DNA of 64,000 bases. It comes from an uncultured Chromatiaceae bacterium. Lineage in GTDB: Bacteria; Pseudomonadota; Gammaproteobacteria; DRLM01. The first letter of the stretch is position 1, and each line of letters opens with the position of its first letter. Below the pieces are notes generated by a model that saw only the letters and a list, made by a program, of their open reading frames with translations, searched no databases and had not been told where the DNA came from. A program made the translations under genes and the position numbers. Location of the stretch: contig CALZJG010000155.1 in assembly GCA_945787555.1 (NCBI GenBank), positions 24,015 to 88,014 on the forward strand. The letters run 5' to 3'. Shown piece by piece: positions 16,665 to 26,368 of the stretch.

Positions 16665-19600
16665 ATGAGTACCTACAAATATTATCTACTGGGATTGGCC
16701 TGTTTGATGGGATTGCTGAGTGCCTGCGGGGGAGGCGATAGCAAGCTGCCGCCCGAGCGGCCGGTGGGCAGCATCAGCGGCAATGCGGTCGACGGCGTGA
16801 TACGCGGCGGCCAAGTGGCGGTGTATGCCTACGCCGAGGGCCGCAAAAGCGAGCGCATAGGGTCAGGCGTCACCGATGACGAAGGTTTTTATCGCGTCGA
16901 CGTGCAAGCGCGCACTCAGGCGGTGTTGATAGAGGTCACGGGGGGGCGCTACGTCGAAGAAGCCAGTGGTGTGGAAGTGCCGCTGGGCGAAGGCGTGGTG
17001 TTGAGCGCGGTTGCGCGTTACGAATCAGGGCAAGCGCTCGCTGTGATGGTCACGCCCTTGACCCATCTTGCAGCGGGTTTGGCGACACACAAACTGCGGC
17101 TAGGTGCGGCGGTTGACGAAGCGGTGCGCGCGGCCACGGTGGAAGTGTCCTCGGCGTTTGGATTCGAAGTCGCGCGCACTGTGCCGCATGCTATCACCAA
17201 TGAACGCAACCTTAGTGGCGAACTCAGCGACGCTCACGTCTACGGGTTCTTGTTGGCGGGCATATCGAGTTGGACGCACTGGGCCGGCGAACAGAACAAC
17301 AGTGCCCCACACACGGTGTACAGTTCGGTGGCCTTGAGTCAACTGATGTATCACGACATGCAGAGTGACGGTTTGCTCGATGGGCGGGGTTTCGACAAGG
17401 ATGGCAGCGCGCTGATGGATTTGGCCTTCGGCGTAGTCCCGCTCAACGCCGACGTATACCGCATCGCCTTCATGCAGCATATGCTGGCCATGGCCAATGG
17501 TGCGCAAAACAAGACCGGCTTAGGGGTGAATGACGTGCGAGGTCGCGCGCTCACATTGGCCAGTGCTGCTCACAGCCTGTTCGGTGGGCCGGTGCCGGCC
17601 GGGAGTGGCGAGCACGCACCGGAGGTTTATGCACTAGATCCAGAAGGGTTTTTCTACGGTGGTGTGTTCGATTTCGCGTTAGTCGTGAGCGGCACGGCGG
17701 TGAGCGTGAGTGCCGACGTGGACGGCGTCGCGATAGGTGTCGCGTCCGATCCGGCCAAACCGGTCATCGCCGTCGACACGCGTAACTTTGGTGACGGTGA
17801 GCATCATATCGGCGTGCGCGCCGAGGACGGCTTGGGGAATGAGTCCTATCGTCAATTTTTGGTGCGCTTCGACAACACCGCGCCTTTTGCCAACGTTACT
17901 TCGGCGCCGGTCACCAATCAGCGCACTTTCCTTCTGCAAGGCGACTACGTCGACAATGGCGCGGGGGTGAGTGAAATGCGTGTCCAAGACCAGGTCGCGC
18001 AACTGCCCGCAGTGGGTGTTTGGCAGGCGCAGGTGAATCTCGTCCCGGGGCGCAATGTGGTGCCCGTCGTCGTTGTTGACAGCGCGGGTAACGAATATCG
18101 TGCCGCAGCGGAGGTGAGTTTGGATGAGCAAGCGCCGCGTATCGACAGCGTCGGTCGCCACGGTAGCGCCACTTTCGCCTTGGCGGCGGGCTTGGAAGTC
18201 GCGCCCCTGACCGATAGTAATGAGCTCGCGCCGCTGGTGTTGGACAGCGATCGATTGGATTTGGCCGGCGTGGCCATGCAGCGCATCGCCTTGCAGGATA
18301 ATCAGATTCCTTGGTTTGGTTTTGAGGTCTTCGATCCCGAGGCGGCGGGGGTGAGTACGCCGGCGTCATCCTTGGCGGTGGAGATGCAGTACGAGCGCGA
18401 TGGCATTGTGCTGGCTCCATGGCGCGCACTCAATGCCGCAGCGGGTGAGGGTGTCGGGGGGTATCTAGTGCCACTGGCTTCCGAAGTGCTGAGTGAGCAA
18501 TGGCACCGCGCGCCGCCCGTGGCGCAGCACGTGGTGCGTGTGCGGGTGCGCGATCAGGGCGGCAATGTCAGCGAGCAAAGCTACACCTTTCGTCTCGATG
18601 TGCGGGTGCCCGCACCGGTGCAGGTTGGCGTGACGGATGCGGCCGATGAGCTGTTCTTGAATGCGACCTTCAACACACGCGGCCAGTTGCACAATCGTGA
18701 TTTGGCGGCGATGAGTTACACCTTTACTAACACCAGCAAGAAAGCCTACTACGTCAGTTTCAGCGATAGCGCGCAGCACATGGTCGAGCAAGTGGTGGAT
18801 GAATTGGTGCGGGAGAATCTAGCGCGCCTCAAGACCGCGACGGAGTGGCGGGCCGCTTTTGTTGATGATTCTCTGCGTGAGTGTCCTCCCTTTCCGGCCG
18901 CTGGTTGGAAAACGATAACCCAGATTTATAACCGTTCAGCGGCGGGTTGGGAACTACGACAGCCTTCTCCTGACACGATGGGCGAGATAGAGGCACTATT
19001 GAGTGATACGCCTGTGGCGCCTACTTCGACGTTATGGGCTGATTTTCCGCATTTCGATAATGTCTATTGGCCAAGGGACGTCAGAGGCGAAGGTGACCCT
19101 GAGAGAGAAATATTGCATTACGACTTCGATTATGTCGAAGACACATCCTTGGCCGGCCTTTCTCGCCCCGCATATTTTACAAATTGGAATTTGCGGGTTG
19201 TTGATGTCAATGGCAACGTACTACGCACAGCGGAGTGCCCCTCGCAGCGTTATCTGCAGGAACGCAAGGTCTACGGATACATTTCAGAGACTGGTTATCC
19301 GGGCAATGTGAGTTCCGAATTCGCGGAACAGGCCGGTTTCGCGACCAGCGGTTACCGCGTACTGGATCAGGCGACCAGCGAGGAAATCGTCGCCGTGCAA
19401 GGGTGGTATCGCGTTCCTCCTAACGTGACGGTGCGGGTGGAGAAACTGGTCAAAACACCGGCGCTGACGGTGCATGATGATCGTGAGGTCGTGGGGCCCG
19501 ACTTCAACAGTTATGAAAAGAAGCGCTACGATCGCAGGGTGACCTGGACATTGCAGCGGCCGCTGCGCTTCAGTGCCATCCATGATGCCGGCGAACAACA

Positions 19601-19670
19601 TGTGTTCGCCATGAGCGCCTCAGAGAGCGAGGCGGGCAGCGGCATGCGCAGCTACTCGTTGGGCCGCTAG
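16665..19670 (+). CDS. Large surface lipoprotein with Ig-like/beta-sandwich repeats (~1000 aa)
   Basis: Lipobox LLSA-C then GGG; ISGNAVDG, repeated D..GN and DNTAP/DEQAP junctions typical of bacterial Ig-like domains. Confidence 0.75.
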   Translation: MSTYKYYLLGLACLMGLLSACGGGDSKLPPERPVGSISGNAVDGVIRGGQVAVYAYAEGRKSERIGSGVTDDEGFYRVDVQARTQAVLIEVTGGRYVEEASGVEVPLGEGVVLSAVARYESGQALAVMVTPLTHLAAGLATHKLRLGAAVDEAVRAATVEVSSAFGFEVARTVPHAITNERNLSGELSDAHVYGFLLAGISSWTHWAGEQNNSAPHTVYSSVALSQLMYHDMQSDGLLDGRGFDKDGSALMDLAFGVVPLNADVYRIAFMQHMLAMANGAQNKTGLGVNDVRGRALTLASAAHSLFGGPVPAGSGEHAPEVYALDPEGFFYGGVFDFALVVSGTAVSVSADVDGVAIGVASDPAKPVIAVDTRNFGDGEHHIGVRAEDGLGNESYRQFLVRFDNTAPFANVTSAPVTNQRTFLLQGDYVDNGAGVSEMRVQDQVAQLPAVGVWQAQVNLVPGRNVVPVVVVDSAGNEYRAAAEVSLDEQAPRIDSVGRHGSATFALAAGLEVAPLTDSNELAPLVLDSDRLDLAGVAMQRIALQDNQIPWFGFEVFDPEAAGVSTPASSLAVEMQYERDGIVLAPWRALNAAAGEGVGGYLVPLASEVLSEQWHRAPPVAQHVVRVRVRDQGGNVSEQSYTFRLDVRVPAPVQVGVTDAADELFLNATFNTRGQLHNRDLAAMSYTFTNTSKKAYYVSFSDSAQHMVEQVVDELVRENLARLKTATEWRAAFVDDSLRECPPFPAAGWKTITQIYNRSAAGWELRQPSPDTMGEIEALLSDTPVAPTSTLWADFPHFDNVYWPRDVRGEGDPEREILHYDFDYVEDTSLAGLSRPAYFTNWNLRVVDVNGNVLRTAECPSQRYLQERKVYGYISETGYPGNVSSEFAEQAGFATSGYRVLDQATSEEIVAVQGWYRVPPNVTVRVEKLVKTPALTVHDDREVVGPDFNSYEKKRYDRRVTWTLQRPLRFSAIHDAGEQHVFAMSASESEAGSGMRSYSLGR

Positions 19671-19899
19671 CGGATTTTTCATCTTGCGAATGCTATGTAA
19701 TGGCGAATCATGGTGCGCGGAGAGGCGGTGTGAGACGCCTGTGTGCCTGGCGCTGGACATTGCCGTGCGTGGCGGGATTGGTCTAATGGAATATCCCTTG
19801 GCTTTGTGTCATTGAATGCGTCAAAAGCCTACCCGTATACTCCGGCCCCAATATGGGGGCAGGTGTCGCACTCGGCGCCGCACAACAACGGATGAGACG

Positions 19900-21090
19900 A
19901 TGACGATTACCAGCTTCAATCCGCCGGTCCGCACCCTCATGGGTCCGGGTCCCTCCGACGTGCATCCGCGCGTTTTGGCCGCCATGGCGCGGCCCACCAT
20001 CGGGCATCTCGATCCGGCCTTCGTGCACATGATGGACGAAGTAAAAACGCTGCTGCAGTACGCCTTTCAGACTGACAACGCGCTTACCATCCCCGTTTCG
20101 GCGCCCGGCTCGGCCGGCATGGAAACCTGCTTCGTCAATTTGGTCGAACCGGGCGATACCGTCGTGGTGTGCCAGAATGGCGTCTTCGGCGGTCGCATGA
20201 AAGAGAACGTCGAGCGCCTCGGCGGCACGGCAGTCATGGTCGAGGATGCCTGGGGCGAGCCGGTTGATCCGGGCAAGGTGGCGGACGCGCTCCAGCGCCA
20301 TCCCGATGCCAAGATCGTCGCCTTTGTGCATGCCGAAACCTCTACCGGCGTGGAGTCCGATGTACCCGCCCTGACGAAACTCGCCCGTGATCACGGTTGC
20401 CTCACGATCGTGGATGCCGTGACGTCATTGGGTGGCATTCCGATCAAGACGGATGCCTGGGGAGTGGATGCGATTTATTCTGGGACGCAGAAGTGTCTGT
20501 CCTGCACGCCCGGCTTGTCGCCGGTGAGTTTCAGCGAGAGGGCAATCGAGAAAATCCAAGCCCGCAAGACCAAGGTCAGCAGTTGGTTCCTCGATCTGAA
20601 CTTGGTGATGGGCTACTGGGGAGGCACGGCTAAACGCGCCTACCATCACACCGCGCCCGTCAATGCGTTGTATGGCTTGCACGAAGCATTGGTGATGTTA
20701 CGCGAGGAAGGTCTAGAGCAGGCCTGGGCGCGGCATCGCCGCCACCATCTGGCTTTGCGCGCCGGCCTGGAAGCGATGGGTTTGCAGTTCATCGTGGCCG
20801 AGGCGCACCGCCTGCCCCAGCTCAACGCAGTCACGGTACCGTCAGGCGTAGACGAAGCTGAGGTGCGGCGGCGCTTGTTGGAGGATTTCAATCTGGAAAT
20901 CGGCGCCGGTTTGGGCGTCTTGGCAGGTAAGGTTTGGCGCGTCGGTCTCATGGGCGCGGCTTGTACGGCTCACAACGTTTTGTTTTGTCTGGCCTCCTTG
21001 GAAGCGGTTCTGGGCGGCTTGGGTGCGCCCATCCCGCGCGGCGCGGCGCTGGAAGCGGCCAGCAGCCGGTTGGCGGGGGAGCGGGACTGA
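19900..21090 (+). CDS. Class V PLP aminotransferase (alanine/serine--glyoxylate aminotransferase family)
   Basis: LMGPGPS, GSAGME, HAETSTGV, VDAVTSLGG, SGTQKCLS, HHTAP. Confidence 0.9.
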   Translation: MTITSFNPPVRTLMGPGPSDVHPRVLAAMARPTIGHLDPAFVHMMDEVKTLLQYAFQTDNALTIPVSAPGSAGMETCFVNLVEPGDTVVVCQNGVFGGRMKENVERLGGTAVMVEDAWGEPVDPGKVADALQRHPDAKIVAFVHAETSTGVESDVPALTKLARDHGCLTIVDAVTSLGGIPIKTDAWGVDAIYSGTQKCLSCTPGLSPVSFSERAIEKIQARKTKVSSWFLDLNLVMGYWGGTAKRAYHHTAPVNALYGLHEALVMLREEGLEQAWARHRRHHLALRAGLEAMGLQFIVAEAHRLPQLNAVTVPSGVDEAEVRRRLLEDFNLEIGAGLGVLAGKVWRVGLMGAACTAHNVLFCLASLEAVLGGLGAPIPRGAALEAASSRLAGERD

Positions 21091-21140
21091 CCAAATTGGG
21101 CACCCAGGTGACCCACTGGGTCGCCGGCCCAGCGCGGGAA

Positions 21141-21156
21141 TGTGATGGAGTCCACA
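21141..21156 (+). promoter_or_regulatory. Candidate upstream activator site TGT-N10-ACA (also CRP/FNR-like TGTGA-N6-CCACA)
   Basis: TGTGATGGAGTCCACA, ~100 bp upstream of a sigma54 box with an AT-rich stretch in between. Confidence 0.4.
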
Positions 21157-21242
21157 AAGTGTCGGGATCTCTGCCACATTTGAATTGAGTGAGTTTGGGC
21201 CAATATAGTTAACTCGCTGTTTTGTAATATATTATTTTTACC

Positions 21243-21258
21243 TGGCACAAGGCGTGCA
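21243..21258 (+). promoter_or_regulatory. sigma54 promoter candidate
   Basis: TGGCACAAGGCGTGCA (GG-N10-GC). Confidence 0.55.
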
Positions 21259-21354
21259 GCATACATTTTGCCCGACGCGGATGCAGAGTAAGCAGTAGTC
21301 GGAAGTCGTGTAATCATTGAAGCAGAGGCCCGCGGCGGCACAAGAGGTTCGGAG

Positions 21355-21705
21355 ATGAAGCAAGTACTGACTCAGCGCGAGATGACTCGCCAATCGGTGA
21401 CGTATCAAGGCACAGGCGGCGTAAGCGCCGGCAATCGTGGATTCGGTTTCGTGCCCGCGTTTCTCGACCGCAGCAGCGGCTGCGTGCATCTTTCCTGCGG
21501 CGCCGATGGGCAGCCGGCGGCGATACATCGATTCGACGGCTTGCCCGACGAGGTGGTGTTGTCGCGCGACGAGTGTGGGTGCCCCTTGGTGGTCAAGCCC
21601 TCGTTGATAGCTGGTTTCGTGCGCGACGGCGTCTTCTTTACCCGCGAGCAAGCCGCGGCGTTAGTGGAGTGGGAGCTGGATAAGGTGGCCTGTCAGGCCA
21701 ATTGA
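21355..21705 (+). CDS. Conserved-looking hypothetical protein
   Basis: GTGGVSAGNR..GFVPAFLD..SG, H.FDGLP, GFVRDGVFFTREQAA; GAGG RBS. Confidence 0.7.
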   Translation: MKQVLTQREMTRQSVTYQGTGGVSAGNRGFGFVPAFLDRSSGCVHLSCGADGQPAAIHRFDGLPDEVVLSRDECGCPLVVKPSLIAGFVRDGVFFTREQAAALVEWELDKVACQAN

Positions 21706-21724
21706 GATCTGGATCTATGCCCAC

Positions 21725-22108
21725 TTAATGTAAGGTGCGCGGGATGGAGAGCGTGAACGGTGCAATGTTGGCATCGAATTGGGTGCCGTCGTCCCCCAGC
21801 ATTTGATAACTCCCCCGCATTGAGCCCACCGCGGTATCCAACACGGCGCCGCTGGTGTATTGGAAGGCTTCCCCGGGGCCCAAATGCGGTTGTTCGCCTA
21901 CTACGCCCTTGCCGCGCACTTCCTGGTCCCGGCCGTTGGCGTCGGTAATGATCCAATGTCGTGAGATCAAGCGTGCCGCCACGGTGCCCAGGTTTTCAAT
22001 GGTCACCCGGTAGGCGAAGACGTAGCGGTTTTCTTCCGGTGCGGATTGATCTTCCACATACATCGGTTCGACGATTACGTCGATTTTATAGGGTGTATCA
22101 CTGCTCAT
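21725..22108 (-). CDS. apaG: Co2+/Mg2+ efflux-associated protein ApaG
   Basis: YVFAYRVTIEN, LISRHWIITD, GKGVVGEQP, YTSGAVL.T.VGSMRGSY. Confidence 0.95.
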   Translation of the reverse strand: MSSDTPYKIDVIVEPMYVEDQSAPEENRYVFAYRVTIENLGTVAARLISRHWIITDANGRDQEVRGKGVVGEQPHLGPGEAFQYTSGAVLDTAVGSMRGSYQMLGDDGTQFDANIAPFTLSIPRTLH

Positions 22109-22157
22109 AGGAAGGTACTGCTCTGTATCAAGGCGGCGGGCAGTGTAACCCAAGCCA

Positions 22158-24452
22158 TCAGGTGGCCGCCACTTTACGCAATTGGACCAGGTCGGTCATG
22201 CCTTTGAACATTTTGAGAATGCCGTCCTGCATCAGGGTACGCATGCCTTCCTGCATGGAGAGTTGGTGAATATCGGCGGCGTTGGCCTTGTGATAGATCA
22301 AATCCTTCATGCCTTGCGTGGTGACCAACAATTCATGGATGCCGACACGACCTCGGTAGCCGACACCACCGCAGTCTTCGCAGCCCACCGCCTTGTACAG
22401 CGAGACCGTCTCGGGGTTGATATTCAGTTCTGAAAAATACTCTTCGCCGTAATAGCGTTCGATCAATTTCAGTTCACCGGCGTCGGGATGGTACGCCTGT
22501 TTGCATTTTTCGCAGAGGGTGCGCACCAGTCGTTGCGCGAGTACGCCGAGTAGAGCGTCGGAAAAGCTCACCGGATTGATGCCCAAGTCCAATAAGCGCG
22601 TCACGGTTTCCGCCGCTGAGTTGGTATGCAGGGTCGAGAACACCAAGTGGCCGGTCAGCGAAGCCTCTATACCGGCTTCGGCGGTTTCCTGGTCGCGCAT
22701 TTCGCCGATCATGATGACGTCGGGGTCGGCGCGCAAAAAGGCACGCAGCGACGTGGCGAAGGTCAGCCCAGCCTTGGGATTCATTTGCACTTGTTGCAGG
22801 CCAGGCTGTGTGATTTCCACCGGATCCTCGGCCGTCCAAATCTTGCGGTCCGGAGTATTGATGTGGGCGAGTATCGCGTGCAGCGTGGTGGTTTTACCCG
22901 AGCCGGTGGGGCCGACCACGAGGAAGATTCCATGCGGATGCCCCACCAGTTTGTTTGTCTCGCGCAGATTGCGCTCGGAGAAATTGAGCTGATCCATGGG
23001 CAGCGGTTTGCTGGAGGCGAGGATGCGCATGACCACTGATTCGCCGTGCACCGTGGGAATGGTGGCGACGCGCAGTTCCACTGGCTTGCCGCCGATTTTG
23101 ACAGCACATTTGCCGTCTTGCGGACGGCGTCGGTCGGAGATGTCCATGCCCGCCGTGATTTTGATGCGTGAGACCACGGCGCGGATATGGCTGGCCGGAA
23201 TAGTGATGGTGCGCATGCAGACGCCGTCGACGCGGACGCGCACCACTGACGATTGTTTACCTTTGCCCGGCTCGATGTGGATATCTGAAGCACGCGCGGC
23301 GTAGGAATCGCGGATCAGTTGGTTGACCAAAGTGATGACGGTCGCTTCGTTCTCATCGACGCTGTCGACCTCGTCGTCCATCAGCGTTTCCACGCCTTCT
23401 TCCTGCAGGCGGTCAACCAGCTCGTTGATGTCGACGTCGTTCGCCGGCCCTTTCACGGGCTCGCCGAGGTACTGCGAAATGTCCTCCGGCAATGCGACCT
23501 TGAAGATATAATTGCGCGCCCGCAGCACGCGCTGGATTTCCATAATGCGTCGTTCATCCGTGGGGTCATCGATGAGGATAGTCACTTCCTCACGACTGCC
23601 TTGAATGGGGATCCAGCGCTCCTTCTTGAGATAGGCCTCGTTGATACCTTGGAGCAATTCCTTGGGAATTTCGATGTCCGGGTCAAAACCCATGTAGGGC
23701 ACTTGATAATAGCGCTCCAGCGAGGCGCCGATTTCAGCTGGCGTAAGGTTGGCCTCGTTGAGCAACAGATGACTCACGCTCACACCTTCCTTGGGAGCAC
23801 GTCGTTTGAAGTCGTCGATCTGTTGTTGGGTGATCTTGTCAGTTTTGATCAAGTATTCCCACGGGTCGCGCGTGCCGCCCAACTCGTAACGGAATTTCTG
23901 GCCCAGCAGCAGGCCCATCTTGTTTGCATTGCGTTGTTCGGTCTCGGTGAAGGCGTCGCCTTCGCGTCGGTTGATGACCTGCATGACGCCAAACAAGACA
24001 TCCTGGGACTTGATCGGAATTACGATCATGGAACGGCTGCGAAAGCCGCTTTTGAGATCGTAGGAGCGATCAAAATTCAAATTGGCGTGGATGCGATGCA
24101 GCTCTTCGGCATCGTACACATCGCTGATGCGCACCGGCTTTTGGCTCAAGCCCACATAGCCGGAGATGGACGAGGTGGACAAGGGTACGCGGATTTCCAT
24201 CAATTCGTCGCCACTTTTGTATTTGGATACCAGCTCCGGCTGGGTGCGTGAGCGTTGATAAATAGTGATGCGCTCGGCGTTGAGCAGGGCAAGCAAGTCC
24301 GGCTCGATCTCCGGCATCACATCGCTGAAGCTTTCCGCTTCGTGGACCCGTTGGATCAGCTGGTTGAGACGCACCTGGAACTCAAGCTGGCGCTTGAGTT
24401 GCTCCGGATTGGTCTTGCGTTGTGTCTCAAGATTTAGATTGTTCATGCTCAT
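22158..24452 (-). CDS. GspE/PilB-family secretion ATPase with N-terminal GAF domain
   Basis: GAF (SISGYV, SMIVIPI, GVMQVINR); ASDIHIEP, Walker A GPTGSGKTT, LRADPDVIMIGEMRD, GHLVFSTLHTN, CxxC/CxxC. Confidence 0.88.
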   Translation of the reverse strand: MSMNNLNLETQRKTNPEQLKRQLEFQVRLNQLIQRVHEAESFSDVMPEIEPDLLALLNAERITIYQRSRTQPELVSKYKSGDELMEIRVPLSTSSISGYVGLSQKPVRISDVYDAEELHRIHANLNFDRSYDLKSGFRSRSMIVIPIKSQDVLFGVMQVINRREGDAFTETEQRNANKMGLLLGQKFRYELGGTRDPWEYLIKTDKITQQQIDDFKRRAPKEGVSVSHLLLNEANLTPAEIGASLERYYQVPYMGFDPDIEIPKELLQGINEAYLKKERWIPIQGSREEVTILIDDPTDERRIMEIQRVLRARNYIFKVALPEDISQYLGEPVKGPANDVDINELVDRLQEEGVETLMDDEVDSVDENEATVITLVNQLIRDSYAARASDIHIEPGKGKQSSVVRVRVDGVCMRTITIPASHIRAVVSRIKITAGMDISDRRRPQDGKCAVKIGGKPVELRVATIPTVHGESVVMRILASSKPLPMDQLNFSERNLRETNKLVGHPHGIFLVVGPTGSGKTTTLHAILAHINTPDRKIWTAEDPVEITQPGLQQVQMNPKAGLTFATSLRAFLRADPDVIMIGEMRDQETAEAGIEASLTGHLVFSTLHTNSAAETVTRLLDLGINPVSFSDALLGVLAQRLVRTLCEKCKQAYHPDAGELKLIERYYGEEYFSELNINPETVSLYKAVGCEDCGGVGYRGRVGIHELLVTTQGMKDLIYHKANAADIHQLSMQEGMRTLMQDGILKMFKGMTDLVQLRKVAAT

Positions 24453-24696
24453 GGGCGTCCATCGTCCCGAGGACTACACACTGACCACCTGCGTGCGCCA
24501 GACTCGCGGCCTAATGGGTGCGCAACGCTCCGTCGGCGGCTCACCCCCCAAAATACGGAGTGCGGCATACGCCTTCGCTCTCCCAGACTTATCGTCTGGT
24601 CGGCCGATAGCTTGAACCCCGGCGGCCAGCGCGTCACTGGCGTAGAGATAGGCTGGTATGTCGCTAAGGTCTTGCGACTGTTATGCTATTTCCGCC

Positions 24697-26058
24697 ATGA
24701 ACGAACTTTGGAAACGTCTTTTCGGCGCTTACCTCAATACCATCTGGGCCGTAGATACGCGTGCGCTGGGAAGACCCCACGCGATCTTGGTCCGTGTCGT
24801 ACGTCTGTTGCACGGCGTGCTGCGCGAGGTGATGCAGGGCGATCTCACCCTGCGTGCCATGAGTCTCGTCTACACCACCTTGTTGTCTTTGGTGCCCTTG
24901 TTGGCGGTGAGTTTCTCAGTGCTCAAAGCTTTGGGTGTGCACAACCAGATCGAGCCGCTGCTGTTCAATTTCTTCGAGCCGATGGGCGACAAAGGCCTGG
25001 AATTGGGGCAGCGCATTTTTGGATTCGTGGAAAACGTCAAAGTGGGCGTGTTGGGCTCCTTGGGCTTGGTATTCTTGTTTTACACCGTGGTGTCGCTGGT
25101 GCAGAAAGTCGAGGAGGCGTTCAATTACGTTTGGCATATCAAGCGGCCGCGCCGTTTGGTGCGCCGCTTCAGTGACTACATGAGCGTGATATTGGTGGGG
25201 CCGGTGCTGGTGGTATCGGCGCTGGGCATCACCGCTACGGTGATGGGCACCGATATCGTGCGCAGCATGGGCGAGGTCGAGCCGCTCGCCACGTTGCTGC
25301 CTGTACTCAGCAAGTTGGTGCCGTATTTCCTCATCTGCGCCGCTTTTACCTTCGTCTTTATATTCCTTCCCAACACCAAAGTGCATTTCACCTCGGCTTT
25401 GGTGGGCGGGTTGGTGTCAGGGGTGTTGTGGCAGACGGCAGGGATGGGGTTTGCCGCCTTCGTTGCCAATTCCACTAAGTACACGGCGATTTATTCCGGT
25501 TTTGCGATTTTGGTTATTTTTCTGATTTGGTTGTATGTGAGTTGGCTAGTGCTGCTGCTGGGCGCGCAAGTGGCGTATTTCCATCAGCACCCCCAATTAC
25601 TCAGCGTGCGGCGAGAGGACGGACATCTTAGCAACTGGGCCAAGGAACGCTTGGCCATGCTGGCCATGTTGCTAATTGGGTATTACTACTATCACAACCG
25701 TGGCCTCTGGACCGATGATGCCTTGGCGGCGCGACTGGGGGTGCCCCCTGCGGCCTTAGTGGCGGTGCTCGACATCTTGGAAATGAACGGTTTTGTGAAT
25801 CGAACCGCCGATGATCCGCCCGCGTATTTCCCTGGGCGGGACATGGAAACCATAAGCCTACAGGACTTGTTGCTGGCGGTGCGCCGCGGCGAAGAGTCGG
25901 CGGTAATCACGGCGGGGAGCGCTGTACCGCCGCCGGTCGATGAAATGATGACGCGGGTCGAAGGGGCCATCCATGACGCATTGGGGGAGCGCACGGTCAA
26001 GGATATGGTCTTGAGTTACTCCGAGACGGAAACGGCTGAGCAGGTGCGTGAGGCATGA
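24697..26058 (+). CDS. YihY/BrkB family membrane protein with C-terminal winged-helix-like domain
   Basis: LRAMSLVYTTLLSLVP, YTAIYSGFA..IFLIWLYVSW..LLGA. Confidence 0.85.
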   Translation: MNELWKRLFGAYLNTIWAVDTRALGRPHAILVRVVRLLHGVLREVMQGDLTLRAMSLVYTTLLSLVPLLAVSFSVLKALGVHNQIEPLLFNFFEPMGDKGLELGQRIFGFVENVKVGVLGSLGLVFLFYTVVSLVQKVEEAFNYVWHIKRPRRLVRRFSDYMSVILVGPVLVVSALGITATVMGTDIVRSMGEVEPLATLLPVLSKLVPYFLICAAFTFVFIFLPNTKVHFTSALVGGLVSGVLWQTAGMGFAAFVANSTKYTAIYSGFAILVIFLIWLYVSWLVLLLGAQVAYFHQHPQLLSVRREDGHLSNWAKERLAMLAMLLIGYYYYHNRGLWTDDALAARLGVPPAALVAVLDILEMNGFVNRTADDPPAYFPGRDMETISLQDLLLAVRRGEESAVITAGSAVPPPVDEMMTRVEGAIHDALGERTVKDMVLSYSETETAEQVREA

Positions 26059-26327
26059 AGTGGTTGGCTGGGCTCGCCCGCCAGTTGGATCGGGTACCTC
26101 TGTGGATAGTGCTAGTGGTCGCGTTGTGGTTGGGATTGGCGCCTTTCCAACCCCAACCTCATTTGTGGCAGAAACTCATGATGTTGACGCAGGGCGAGCT
26201 GGCGCTTCCCTTGGATATCTTTGATTTGTTGTTTCACGCTGCCGGGCCGTTGTGGTTGGTGGTGAGGTTGTTGCGCCAGGTGCGCCAGGTGCGCCAGGTG
26301 AGTCGGGCGCGCCGCCGGTCCCCGTGA
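26055..26327 (+). CDS. Small membrane protein (xLAPF.P.PHL..K family)
   Basis: LGLAPFQPQPHLWQKL.ML..G.L..PLDIFDLLFH; ATGA overlap with the upstream gene. Confidence 0.7.
   Translation: MKWLAGLARQLDRVPLWIVLVVALWLGLAPFQPQPHLWQKLMMLTQGELALPLDIFDLLFHAAGPLWLVVRLLRQVRQVRQVSRARRRSP
26272..26298 (+). repeat. (TGCGCCAGG)x3 in-frame tandem repeat
   Basis: Three exact 9-bp copies encoding RQV RQV RQV. Confidence 0.9.
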
Positions 26328-26368
26328 CCATCAAGTAAGTTTCATGTTTAGTCGATATTGGCAGTACT

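Noticed and set aside
19719-19760. Glycine riboswitch before the class V aminotransferase
   Set aside because: GGAGAG is present, but the GCCGAAG and CUCUCAGG elements are missing.
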